A stretch of 64,000 bases of DNA from Dipteris shenzhenensis (lineage: Eukaryota): NCBI GenBank assembly GCA_047967505.1, contig CM106538.1; one strand, 5' to 3'. The notes under the pieces were generated by a model. It did not search any database. It saw only the letters and a program-made list of their open reading frames with translations, and was not told the origin of the DNA. The position numbers and the translations under genes were made by a program. This document shows positions 1 through 10,956 of this stretch, piece after piece; positions within the stretch are counted from its first letter, which is position 1; every line of letters starts with the position of its first letter.

Positions 1-385
1 AGTCTTGTATCTAGGTCCTAGGTTTTCACTGAGTTCATCAGTTTGGAAGGTGCATTGCACCTTGGTCTTATATCTCCATTTTCAAGAATAAAGTGAGCCT
101 GGATAAGGGGGGGGGGGCGTCTTGGCCCCTCAATCATATTGCAATTTCCAATGATGTCACTTTGTGTTTAAGCTGTATAAGTCTTAATTCCAGCTTAATT
201 GCAAACTCTTAAGTTCAAGTATATGTGTTTGGCAACTCGCAATCATTTCATTCAAACGCCTCTGCAAAATCCGTTGTCTGAATTGATAGAAAGCACCGAG
301 TAGTTTACAGTGTGTGTGTTCGATTCCTAGGAATTGCTTCGGATGAGACAACTTGGCTCCTTGGCATTGTTGCTATGAAGTCAAA

Positions 386-387
<2 letters not shown>

Positions 388-422
<35 letters not shown>
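388..422. repeat. (CT)n microsatellite
   Basis: Perfect CT dinucleotide run. Similar runs lie at about 2907-2935 and 9449-9475. Confidence 0.95.
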
Positions 423-426
<4 letters not shown>

Positions 427-595
427 GGCAGACTGCCATGCATGCAGCACCCTTTTGGGGAGTGACCTCTCGGCGACAAACTGGAGCAAGCTGCAAGTGA
501 TTATGGGGTCTAGGAAGATTTCAAGTAAGCCCTATGTCCCTCACCAAATAGTACATGCAGAGTTCGCCATGACACTACTTTAGATTGATGCCATC
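423..595 (+). mobile_element. RTEX-type LINE ORF2 fragment
   Basis: Translates to VRQTAMHAAPFWG and LQVIMGSRKISSKPYVPHQIVHAEFAM, closely matching the copy at 48867-49050. Confidence 0.8.
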
Positions 596-2690
596 AGTCA
601 TGGGCCCAGGCATAGTAGAGAGAGTGTTTCTCAGCTTATAGACTCTGATGGAGTTTTGCAGTCGGATCCAAATAGTCGGATCCAAATGGAGGTCATGCGA
701 AAAGCTACAGATTTTTATGCTTCCCTTTTCTCAGCACATCTTAGTAGCAAGGCCACAGATGATGCCAGACATGTCATATGGCAGTGTATTCCTATGTTGT
801 TGAAACCAAATATGAGAGTCTCTCTTGATGCACCTTTCACCAACATAGAGCTCAAGTTTGCGTTTCTTACCCTCAATAAGGGGAAGTGCCCAGGTTCAGA
901 CGGGCTTACACCCTCTCTTTTCCTAACCTTTTGGGATATGAGAATCACATCACCTCAGCTCTTGCAGGGTGTTTGGGACTACGGTGAGATGCTTGACTCA
1001 CTTACAAGGGATCTCATACATCTAATCCCAAAAGGGGGGTGCAAAAATTAAGTGTCACAACGGAGACCTATCACAATTTTGGGCACTTGCTATATAATCT
1101 TGGCAAAAGCAATCAGCCTGCGTTTGCATCCTATACTTCCAAATCTTATCCATGATATGCAGACGGGATTTGTTCATGGCAAAAGCATTTTTTATGATAT
1201 TTTCTCTTTTTGGGAAGCTTTGGGCCATGCAGAGTGGACAAAAACTAGCCATTCTTCTCTTGGACTTTGAAAAATCCTATGACAGGGTAGATTGGGATTT
1301 CTTGGAGGGCACCCTTTATCATTTCAGATTTTCAGATGCATGGATCAAAGGGGTTTCAGCCTTGTACAGATCAGCCCACAGCCAGGTGCTTATCGGAGGG
1401 GTCAGGGGAGACAGATTTCAGATTTCCAAATCAGTCAGTCAGGGATGCCCTCTTGCACCTTTTCTTTTCCTTGTGGCTGAGGCTATGAGCATTTTTCTTA
1501 GATCTCGAGCTGACAATCTTGAGCTCAGACTACCGCTTAGACAAGAGGAGGACCTCGTTGATTGTGAGCTAGCAGATGACATTACTATTTTCTTGGAGGC
1601 CTCCTTGCAGACTCTCACTTCCTTTAGGGCAGCCTTAGACTTGTTTTGTATTGCAGCAGGTGCTCACATTAATTGGCACAAGTCCAATGGTTTTTGGATC
1701 AATGATGATGACACTCCGGACTAGGGGGCTGATTTGGGCTTCACTTGGACACAGAAGGGTTGATATCTAGGATGCCAAGTCGGGTTGGGTATCTCCTCTT
1801 CGCAATAGTTTGCTTCGGTGTTGGAGAGCATTAGGAGGAAACTCCTCTTTTGGAGTTCAGCCAGGTTGGACCTTGCATCCAGGGTGCAGGTCATTAACCA
1901 GGTTTTGCTGGCCACGGCTTGGTATGTTTGCTCTTGTTGGTGCAGCTTCAAGGATTGCATCACTCAGCTCATAAGGCCTAAAAGGAATTTTTTATGGCGT
2001 GGGCTAGTTGGCATAGCAGACACTATTGCTAGGGTGGTGTGGGAGACATTGATCCTTTCGACGCAGGAGGGGAGCCATCATAGACCCAGATTTGCAGTGT
2101 AAGGTCTTGCTTTGCAAGTTTGTGGTTAAAGGTCTTATGCCTGGGGATAAGCCTTGGAAAAAAAAATTAATTCATTGCATCCATCCTTGCTGCCCCTCCT
2201 CAGGTGGAGATTGGATGGACAGCACCAGATAGATTTTCACTTCAGCCCGTCTCAGATCTCCTACCTCCCCGCTTATGGTCGCTATTCTGAAAGCTTGGGC
2301 CAGCTTCATAAGTACCCTTCGAAGAGTTCCTCCCTCCTCTCTCGAAGAGATTGATAGGCAGCCTATCATGTGGAATGACACTAGCATGGTAGGCAGCTTG
2401 GTTTGTCTCATTATATTCAGTGGTCCACGTGGGAGAAGAGGCTTCCAAAAGATCGTCAACAGCAATTGTTCAGTCACCTCTGAGGAAGTACAAGGAGGAT
2501 ACTTCGGATAGATGCATCCTTATATACCTTTGTAAGACTAGAATAAGTCCAATCATACAAATTTAGATTTTTTGTTGTTCTAAAGATAAAAAATCTACAC
2601 ATAAAATAAAAGAGAATGTGAAAGAGAAGAAAAAAGAGGTAAACAAAAACTTTTAAGAAAAACAAAAGGAAGACATACTTAGCAAGCAAA

Positions 2691-2783
2691 GCAACACTTA
2701 TGTCGTCATCAGTGCCCAACCATAAGCAGCTATACTGGGTTTCTAAAGACCCGCGGAGTCTCTTGGGCAAACCCAGTGCTTAC
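2691..2783 (-). ncRNA. Candidate structured RNA (hammerhead-like core in non-canonical order) in the PLE 3' region
   Basis: Two perfect 7-bp crossing helices (ACTGGGT/ACCCAGT, TGCCCAA/TTGGGCA), directly abutted by GAA(A) and CTGATGA, plus two hairpins. Confidence 0.45.
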
Positions 2784-2903
2784 TAAAATACGTCAAATAA
2801 ACAAAAGAGAAAGAGAACAAAAAATAAAGAAGAAAGGAAGCAAGTGACTAAGCAAAAATAAACAAGCAAGTTAAGAAACAAAATCTTCCAAAAAATTGGA
2901 ATA

Positions 2904-2939
<36 letters not shown>

Positions 2940-3082
2940 ACTCTCACTTTCACTCTCACTCTTATTTCAAACATAAAAAGCTAAATGGTCCTTTACACTT
3001 TTGTATTGTTTCCTATAAAGAGTCAAAAATACATTTCTAACTTAGAAAGCACAAGCATACTCAAACAAACTCTCTTTTGAAA

Positions 3083-3750
3083 CTAAAAGAAAAACGGGCT
3101 ATTCAGCTCCCCGCTTTTTGTTTTCAGCTTATGTTCAATCATTCTAAACATGCCTAAGGCCGATACACCAAAGATAAAAGACTTCATATCTAAGATTGTG
3201 CGTACTTTTTTCATTATTTTCCTTGGATTATACCTCTTGTGTAATAGTAAAGTGATCAAATTACTACATTGAGTGATAAAAGACTCCTTAGTTGTACAAA
3301 GGCGGGAAAATCTATGGAATTGGGAAGAAATGACTCCATATTTTGCCAAATTAGAAATGTTTGAGTCAATGTGAGGCATTTTTATAATGTGTAAATCACT
3401 ATATTCAGGTTGTTCGTGTTTATTGTATATATCAACCTCTAATCCTATGGTAGATTGACAAATTCTAAGATCTAAGAAAACACAAGAATCCCCTCTTGAA
3501 GTGCAGTTCAGTTCACAAGAGTCACGAGGATACATTCCTTCTCCAAAAGCACTAGCGTCTTTATACATAAAGTCTTGAAAGTTAGGAACATCTGGTACAA
3601 ATAAATCATCTATAAAACGCCTAACTTGGCTGGGCAGGTATTGATAGAAATAAGACATTGCATAAACTCAAATTCATAAGTGAAAAGATAAAAGTTTGCT
3701 AAAAAGACGGCACAATTAGTGCCCATGGGGATTCCTATGATTTGTCGAAA
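3083..3750 (-). pseudogene. PLE reverse transcriptase, C-terminal half with one frameshift near 3630
   Basis: From 3750 it reads FRQIIGIPMGTNCAVFLANFYLFTYEFEFMQ. After a frameshift come RRFIDDLF, FLDLRI, DIYNK and the thumb motif MPHIDSNISNLAKYGVISSQFHRFSRLCT. The ORF stops with no C-terminal GIY-YIG domain. Confidence 0.88.
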
Positions 3751-4125
3751 GATGACAGGCTTGTAGTTTGTTCACAGTCGATGGGGGCTTTTTCGAGAAC
3801 AGGTATTCCTCTTCAGGTCATTGCTTTTCTAGGAGCACAGGAAGATGCCTTGGTCTTCTTTTGGGCATGCCTTTTCAACCCGTAAGGATCATAGGTTATG
3901 TGGAACGGGGTAAGGACTCTGCTTGGCATATAGATCCGAGCCCTCGTCTTTCTTTCTCGGGTTCATGGAGGATGTGGCTCTATGGAGGAGTCCCCATAAA
4001 GTATCTTTAGTGGGACCCCAGAGAGTGGGAATGGATTGTTGCAGGGAACCAAGAGAAGAGTCTCCCATTCTTTGGTTACATGGTCAATAATGCTAGGGGG
4101 TTCCAAATCAATTGTAGAGGTTGGA

Positions 4126-5442
4126 AAGAAAAAGAAAGAAAAAAATTTTATTAGAGTCTTCGAAAGACAGATGGGTCTATGAAATTGAAAGAAAACCTGA
4201 TACGAATCACAGTAAGGGTGGAGCTACTGAAACAAACATCATCACTCGTGCAGAATCCTAAGTCTGATCATACATAATCAAATACATCTGGATGTAACAA
4301 TGAAAAGAAAAGGACTGGAGCGGAGCGGAATCCTCCGTATGTCATGTCGCCCTGACTGATGCATAGCCGGTGATGGGACGCTGGCGCCCGTCAAGGAGTG
4401 CCGTGCATCTCGGTCTCTTGGACGAGGCTCGACGCAAGACTAGAGCCACCGTGACTCCCGTGGGACATATCCCGGGTCTAAACAATGACGGGAGGTCTCC
4501 CAGAGTGATCTGTGTGTTCCCTCGACGTCTCATGTGTCGTGCTGCAGTCGTTGGGTTGGGGTCTCTGTCACGTCTGTGGCTAGAGATTGAACGATCAATG
4601 TCACTTGATGGGAAGAACTCTGTGATCCTGCTCTGAGAGGTGCCTGATGATGTGGCCAAGCCCCGTCGCCTAAGTAAGTACTCTCTGTGTCAGACCCCCT
4701 CGTGAATGAAGGCCGCGAGGCATCTCTGATCTGGGTAGGCGAGGAATCTGGAAAGGAACCTGGAGAGCTCTTTGAAGAGGCAGTGGTTAGTGACCTCGGA
4801 TCTCGTAGTACACTGGGCACCTGAAAATAAAATGCTTCTCTGACTCAACCTCCTGACAGTCGCACAATATGCATAAGTGATGCTCCCTAGGAATCCCCTC
4901 TGCTCTGCTGCTCTCTATGCGGAGGCGGTGTGATGATACCCGAAACTGTCCGATGGAGATCCGTAGTGAGTAAGGCATATGAAGCTCAGTGTACCCCGGT
5001 GGTGTGATGAATCCCTCCTCCGAAAAACGAAGACAGTAATCTCTATAGAAAGTCAGCTTCACTGGAAGCTCCCTCGGCTCCAACCAAGTCCTAAAGGTGT
5101 GTAGCTACAGGAGATCCTCTCGAATGACCTGGTTGGTGTGTGGCCCGATCGGGATGGTGGGTGGGAGTACCAGAGGGGCATCTAAACTGTACTGAAAAGG
5201 AGGTATCCTATCGATGTGGAACCCTAGTCTCACAAACCATCTGTGAGTCCGTGCATACCAGCATCGCTCATCTCCCTCTGCTGCCAACCTCAGGGAGGAA
5301 TCGAGAGCCAACCATGGCAACCTCTGTCTCCCTGATGTGCAGTCCCCATATGATCTAACCCGGTGTAGATATGTGATGGTCTGAAAGGCTGCATCTAGCT
5401 GGGGTGGAGAAGCACCAAACTCAGCCTGAATGATTTGCAGAA
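4126..5442 (-). mobile_element. 5'-truncated RTEX-type LINE inserted in L1
   Basis: Contains the AEFGASP motif and LRISIGQFRVSSHRLRIES..C..C..E.EKHFIFRCPVY. The 3' stem-loop, AATAAA and (TTTC)n-like tail are at about 4126-4180. Confidence 0.88.
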
Positions 5443-6847
5443 ACTCTTTTGGAGAGCTTTGGAAATCCCAAAGAATTAGAAGGATCACCTTAAGTTTTTG
5501 CCTTTGCATTCATGGAGGGATTGCAGTGAACAGTTGGAGATCCAGGTTTGGGGCTGACTCCACTTGTCCTAGGTGCTTGTCTAAGGAGGAGTCGGTCTAT
5601 CATTGCTTATGGGACTGCAGGCATGCGAGAGTCATATGGATAGGGGCTGCCACGATCAGTGGCTTGGCTCTCTTTGTCAGGACCTCAAATCTTCTATGAG
5701 TGGTAGGATGCTTCATGGGCCATCTCCATACGACAACACCTAGTCGAGCCTTGCTCATTGGAGGATGTGCCTATCTCCCGCTATAGACCAGTACATGCTG
5801 ATGTGGATTCTGCTTGGGAGATACTGGCTAGTATTACAGCTTGGAAGTTTTGGAGGGCTAGATGCACAGAGGCCTTAGATGGATCTCATGTCCACCCTTC
5901 CCACACTTTGGTCAATATTTGGGCTGACACCATTCACACATTGATGGCTAGATGGGCGAGCATGCAGGGATCTTCTCGAGTAGCCTATGCCAGGAGGGTT
6001 ATATTCCTTACGGAATGGAGGGGGCCCCCCTTTTTCTCAAAGACTACAGTAGGGTTGAGGTGGCATTTTCAGCCTCAATCTTGGTTTCTTTCTAGCTCTT
6101 TCTGAGTTTTTATTTATTCCTTTAGAGTATTTATTTTCCTCATACCCATCATGATGTATTTTTGCTTTGAGCTTGCTCACGCGGGTTTCTTTCATACTTA
6201 ATAAAAGTCTTTTTCATGAGATTGATGAAGAATTGACGGTAATACTTCTGAGATTTTGTAGAGAACAAAAAGCTAAGAAATCAGAGTTTAGGGAAACATG
6301 GACAGTTATGGACAGCAAAAGGATTTAGTAGTCAGGGTTTATACACGTCAAGAAAGACCTAGAACCAGGGTTAGAGGAGAGACAAAAGAGGTGGTACCTA
6401 GGGAATATGAACAGAATTAAAATAAAACTAACCAAGGCTTAGAAGAGCCGTACAAATGAGTTTTTTTGAGACGGAATGCTTCAGAAGTGATGAAGTAAAT
6501 AGTTCGAGAAAGGAGAATGAAAGTCAACCAGAATTATAAAGGTATGGAGTGAAAAAACCCACACAAAAACTCTGACTCACACACTTTGTAGATAACAGCA
6601 AAAAACCACAAAAGGAGGCAACAAAATGGTGAGCAGAGGCTGAGAGAGGGCTCGGGACTGCTGCCAAAACGAAACGCGACCTGCACACAGCACAAAATGC
6701 AGGACGGGGGAGGCTGTACAGCAGACATGAGCCTATAGGTTATCTTGTGACTGATGTAGTGACACCACACCAGCACTCTTGAAACCTCTGACCTGCAAGC
6801 AAACACAAGAACTCACCAAACATGAAGAATCTGAGCAGGTTCAACCA

Positions 6848-7264
6848 TGACACGTACAGGATACCATCCCAAATTAGGAGATGTTCCCCTCGAGCCACGA
6901 GCTGAGTTGCTGGCACGAACTCCCAACCAGATCCTGACCAGCCTCATGTCCCATACGACCAGGTGGCGCCTGGAGGCCTTGGATCTGCTACTGGCCTTGG
7001 GCTACGCTAAGATGCAGGCGTGCGTCCACGACTCAAATAGACCTAGCACTAGGAAACTTGCTCCCATCAACTCTGTGAAAACGGAACCTCTGGGCCCGTT
7101 TTATAGGCTTGGCCCCAATGCGCCAAAAATAGCGAAGATCAGAATCTCGTACCCTTGCCACTCAACCCGAGAATCAAGCTTGCCTAGCCCTAAGTCTCCC
7201 CAAGCTACCTGAGCTAGTCTTGTGTACCCCAATACATGTCAGATACTAATCCGTGCACATGACA
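6848..7264 (-). repeat. 3' LTR of the partial Gypsy element (about 417 bp)
   Basis: Imperfect terminal inverted repeats TGACACGTAC / GCACATGACA and a CCTATAAAA TATA box on the minus strand near 7100. The left boundary is inferred from the inverted repeat only. Confidence 0.65.
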
Positions 7265-8770
7265 TACTTCCCCTCCTTTAAGAACTCACTCCTGAGTTCA
7301 CAAGAAAACCCAGGAATGTCCTCTGGAGGTTAGGTAATGTCTCCCATGTTGCGTCCTCCTCAAGACGATCCTTCCACTTGATCTTGTATTCCGTGATAGT
7401 TCTATTTCTGATCTGTCTTTCACGAAATTCAAGAATACTCTTAGGTTCATGTGAAATAAAATATAAATCATTAACTTCTATTATTTCTTAAGGAGAAACA
7501 AGCTGATCATCAGCACCCAGTAACTCTTTCAGTCTACTAACATGAAACATTGTATGTACTTTTACATCAGGAGGCAATTCTAGTTTATATGCAACTAGTC
7601 CAATTCTTTCAATAATCTTGAATGGACTGCAATATCAAGGGGATAATTTCGAAACCAAATCAGTAATTAGGCTCTTGGATTCCTTGGGAATAGGTAAATA
7701 TACCATCGTCCCTTTAGAGTACTCTCTAGGTGAATAATGTCTATAAGCATAAAATCTATCCCGATCTTGGGCACTTCTAATAGACTCCTTGGCAAACTGT
7801 AATATTTCTTGCATGTTTTGCAAGAATGTCCTTGCAGCATTATGTGGAATTCCCTTGAACCCAACCATAACTGGTGACTTAGGTTGAAACCCGTACATAA
7901 GCATAAAAGGATTGTAACTAGTACTCGAATGCATTGCACTGTTGTAAGCAAATTTGATCATGGGGAGATAATCTTCCCATGAAGACTGTCTCTTAGAAAC
8001 ATATGCCCGAAGCATGTCTTCAACCAATTGGTTAACCTTCTCTGTACTGCCATCAGATTGTGAATGATCTGAGGAACTCATACTTCGAGCAGTTTCCAAC
8101 TTCTTAAAAACAAGTGTCCAAAAGTTACTTGTAAACTTAGAGTCCCTGTCATTGACTATGCGGGAAGGCAAACCATATAGCTTAAACAATTGGTCCACAA
8201 ACTCATGAGCTAACTGAACAGCTGATATGGTCGATCTAGTAGGTAAGAATCTAGCCATCTTTGTCAAATGGTCAACTATGACCCAAATGGAGTCATGACC
8301 CTTGCACGTTCTAGGAAAACCTGTAATAAAGTCCATGGAAATACTTTTCCATTTATTACCAAGGATTTGCAATGGTCCGCGCTTCTAAGGCGTTCTGCCT
8401 TAGTAAGCTGACAAACTCGGCAACCTACCACATAGCTTTCAATAAATGCACGCATCTTAGGCCAATAAAAGGTATGTTTCACAAGAGACAAGAGTCCAAT
8501 GTATACCTGGATGTCTAGCACTAGGAGCATCATGAAACTCCCACAGAATCTTGGATCGAAGATCCGAAACATCGGGCACACATATCTTTCCATTCCAGAA
8601 CAGCAAGCCATTCCTAACCATCCACTGACCTCCTGCCGCCTGTAAGCCAAAGCATCAACATCGTGATAGAAGCTTGAATCCCTTGGAGTTGCTGTGTCAA
8701 CCCCATTGGATTCGCATTAACCAGCTCAAGCAATGTTGTTGCATCAACCCCATTTAATTTGCGTCGAGAG
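6848..8770 (-). mobile_element. Partial Gypsy (chromodomain) LTR retrotransposon: end of RNase H, integrase, chromodomain, PPT and 3' LTR
   Basis: Integrase motifs HDAPSARHPG, C..C, ISMDFITGFP, DRDSKFTSNFW and chromodomain EYKIKWKDRLEEDATWE. PPT (TAAAGGAGGGGAAGTA) abuts TGTCA at 7264. Confidence 0.9.
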
Positions 8771-9827
8771 CGGTGGTGAATTCACTGAAGGCAGTCTTCG
8801 CAATCAATCATTGTAGATACCCTGGTCGTCCCCTCCGTGGTAATCCATGTCGTGAGTTATTTAGAGTACCTACATTGTAGTCTGAAAATCTGGAAACGTA
8901 GTCGGCCATACATTACTTTAAGATTGAGAGTCTTTTGATTTCGATTTAAATTCCTTGATGAGCGCTACGCCCTCACAGTACATTGCCCATTTTCAATCCA
9001 TCCTAGCAGCCTTGACCTTAGCTAATTCTGTTGCCTTCTAGTTCCATTAATCTCATGTGATGATATGATATGATTGTATTAAAGTCCGCTTGAGACCCTT
9101 CAAGATCATGGCACTGGACACCACTATTAAATACATTGTAGATCTTAGACCAAAATTTTGCGAAAGAAGAAATCCATACAATATTTTGTTATACTACGAG
9201 TATGTACCCACTGCCTGGCTACGTCAAGGACTTTTTTGCGATGCCTTAATACTTCCTTAGGCAGGCTGCCAGTTTCTTAGCTGGCTATTCCAAGAGGGTT
9301 TTAAGGCTGGCCTCATTGTTGCTGTATTTTTGCCTGATATGCATGTATACTTGGCAATGGAGGAGCACATGTTCCTCCATTGCCCACTGCTCAATCCATC
9401 TGACCCCTTCTCTATGCCTTCCAATGGTTTTGTGGCCTCCATTGCCCTAGAGAGAGAGAGAGAGAGAGAGAGAGAACAAACAAACAGAAAACAAAAACAA
9501 ACCAAAAAACCAAAACCAAGGAAAAAGGAAGACATGGAACAAAGCTAAAAGTAGAAAAAGAAGCTACTTAGTAAAGCTTTGGTTCTGCTCTCATCGATAC
9601 CCACACATAAGCTTATTTGAATGCAATCCACAAACCACTTACACATTTTGCATCCCAAAGAAAAAAACCTGCCAAATGTGTTCCACCCATGCACATGTAG
9701 CAAACAATATGAGATCCCTCTGACTTCATTGTCATTCAACAAGATCTTCTCATCAGAGGTATTTTAACCATAAAACTTTGTTACTTAAAAAAAAAAAAAC
9801 AGAAAACAAGCCATAGTGGTGTCCTAC

Positions 9828-9976
9828 CAGAGTTTTTTCAGGTCTTGCTTTCTGTTGGGATTGTTTTCTTCCATCTTCAGATTCGTTTCCATCTTGTGGA
9901 ACATTTGCTATTCCATGTGGTGCAGGTGCACGTTCTCCATCATCATCCAAATCAAAACCAAAATCTTCCAAAGTGC
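9828..9976 (-). CDS. BIN4: BIN4/MIDGET exon (149 bp): (G)TLEDFGFDLDDDGERAPAPHG...KARPEKTL
   Basis: CAG acceptor and GTAGG donor. The phase-1 start joins exon 18939-19014 to give MVEGTLEDFGFD, matching the BIN4 motif (recalled as EAETMVEGTLEGF.F.SDDE). Confidence 0.85.
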
Positions 9977-10956
9977 CTGTTTTTAAATCAGACTGAAGTA
10001 AGATAATCTTCTGGCTTCAACCAAGTTCAAGATATCATTGTCAATCTATAGAAGACTTGAGATGCCAAGAAACTTGAAAATTTAAAGAAATCAATATAGT
10101 TAGATTCACAATATTGTAGTCCCTCTATCTCAAGACTCAAGTACCATATAGAATTGTGAAAATTTCTATAAAAAACAAAACGGATCCTTTCAACCACAAG
10201 AACAGAGCTCATAACTAGATCATGCAGAGTTCTTGATATGTGATTTGCATAGCTTAAGGTCTCACAAGCCATGGAGAATATCACCCCAAGAAAACTATAA
10301 AACATGAGAAGTATATACCTAGATGAATCCAGGAACATTCCCAAACTCATCCTCTAAAAAGATATGTCAACAAACTATAAAACATGAGAAGTATATATAT
10401 TTCAACAAACTTGAAATCATATGTCATGTGTGCAGCAGCAAAGTAGGACCACTTGCTCACAAAAAAAACTTATAACAGTCAGCCCCACTCTATGGTGGTC
10501 AGATTTACAGGACGGGAGTTGGCAAGAACAGAAAAGTAAGACTTGGCCTATGAAACCTGCAAAACTGAATTTGCTGCTCCCTTTGACCCTCTCATTTTCA
10601 TGCTCCATGTGAGGGCGTGTTTGTGCTGTCAGAGTTTTTCATGTCATCCTCTTTGCATTTTATCATGTCTTTGTTATAGAAATATGGAAAGCTCTCCAGG
10701 TAAAAAATACAGTTGGAACTAGATATACAATCACGCAAAAGCCATCTCAGTGAATATGAAGTTTAATGAACCCAATGGACAATAATGCAAAGGCAACCAA
10801 AATTGTCTTTCTGATAGACTTTGGATTTTTCATTCTGTGTTGCTCAACAGATATATCTTAATTGCAACGTTGACCATAATATATAAAGAAATTTAAAAGC
10901 AATTTACACTCTGCCCCTCATGCCCCTCCCCATGGGGCCACCTCCCTACATCCTCT

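Larger units (their letters stand above)
2523..3750 (-). mobile_element. 5'-truncated Penelope-like element, Naiad/Chlamys-type RT
   Basis: An AT-rich block interrupting the L1; L1 homology stops near 2522 and resumes at 3751. It encodes a PLE RT C-terminal half followed by about 560 bp of 3' non-coding sequence. Confidence 0.85.
600..6218 (+). mobile_element. Degenerate 5'-truncated L1-type LINE in three pieces (about 600-2522, 3751-4125, 5443-6218), split by a PLE and an RTEX insertion
   Basis: RT motifs KCPGSDG, DFEKSYDRVDW, QGCPLAP, ADD and zf-RVT CPRC..ESVYHCLWDC. Colinear with the copy at 41336-46076 and ends in the same TACTTAATA(A/G)AAGTCTTTTTCATG 3' motif. Confidence 0.92.

Noticed and set aside
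10-50. Minus-strand CTGATGA-ACTCAGT-GAAA resembling a minimal hammerhead core
   Set aside because: No UH triplet in register and no stem I complement to the upstream TTCCAAA. It is at the window edge, so unsupported.
2691-2712. SECIS element (known in some Naiad PLEs)
   Set aside because: AUGA is present, but there is no apical AA and no opposing GA quartet, and land plants lack Sec machinery.
2713-2777. HDV-like ribozyme reading of the PLE structure (nested helix order, L3-like UCCGCGG loop)
   Set aside because: Lacks the P1.1 GG and the catalytic J4/2 CNRA, and the spacing around P3 is wrong.
8770-9120. Possible gag remnant of the partial Gypsy element (ADYVSRF-like)
   Set aside because: Too degenerate to support, and no PBS or 5' LTR was found.
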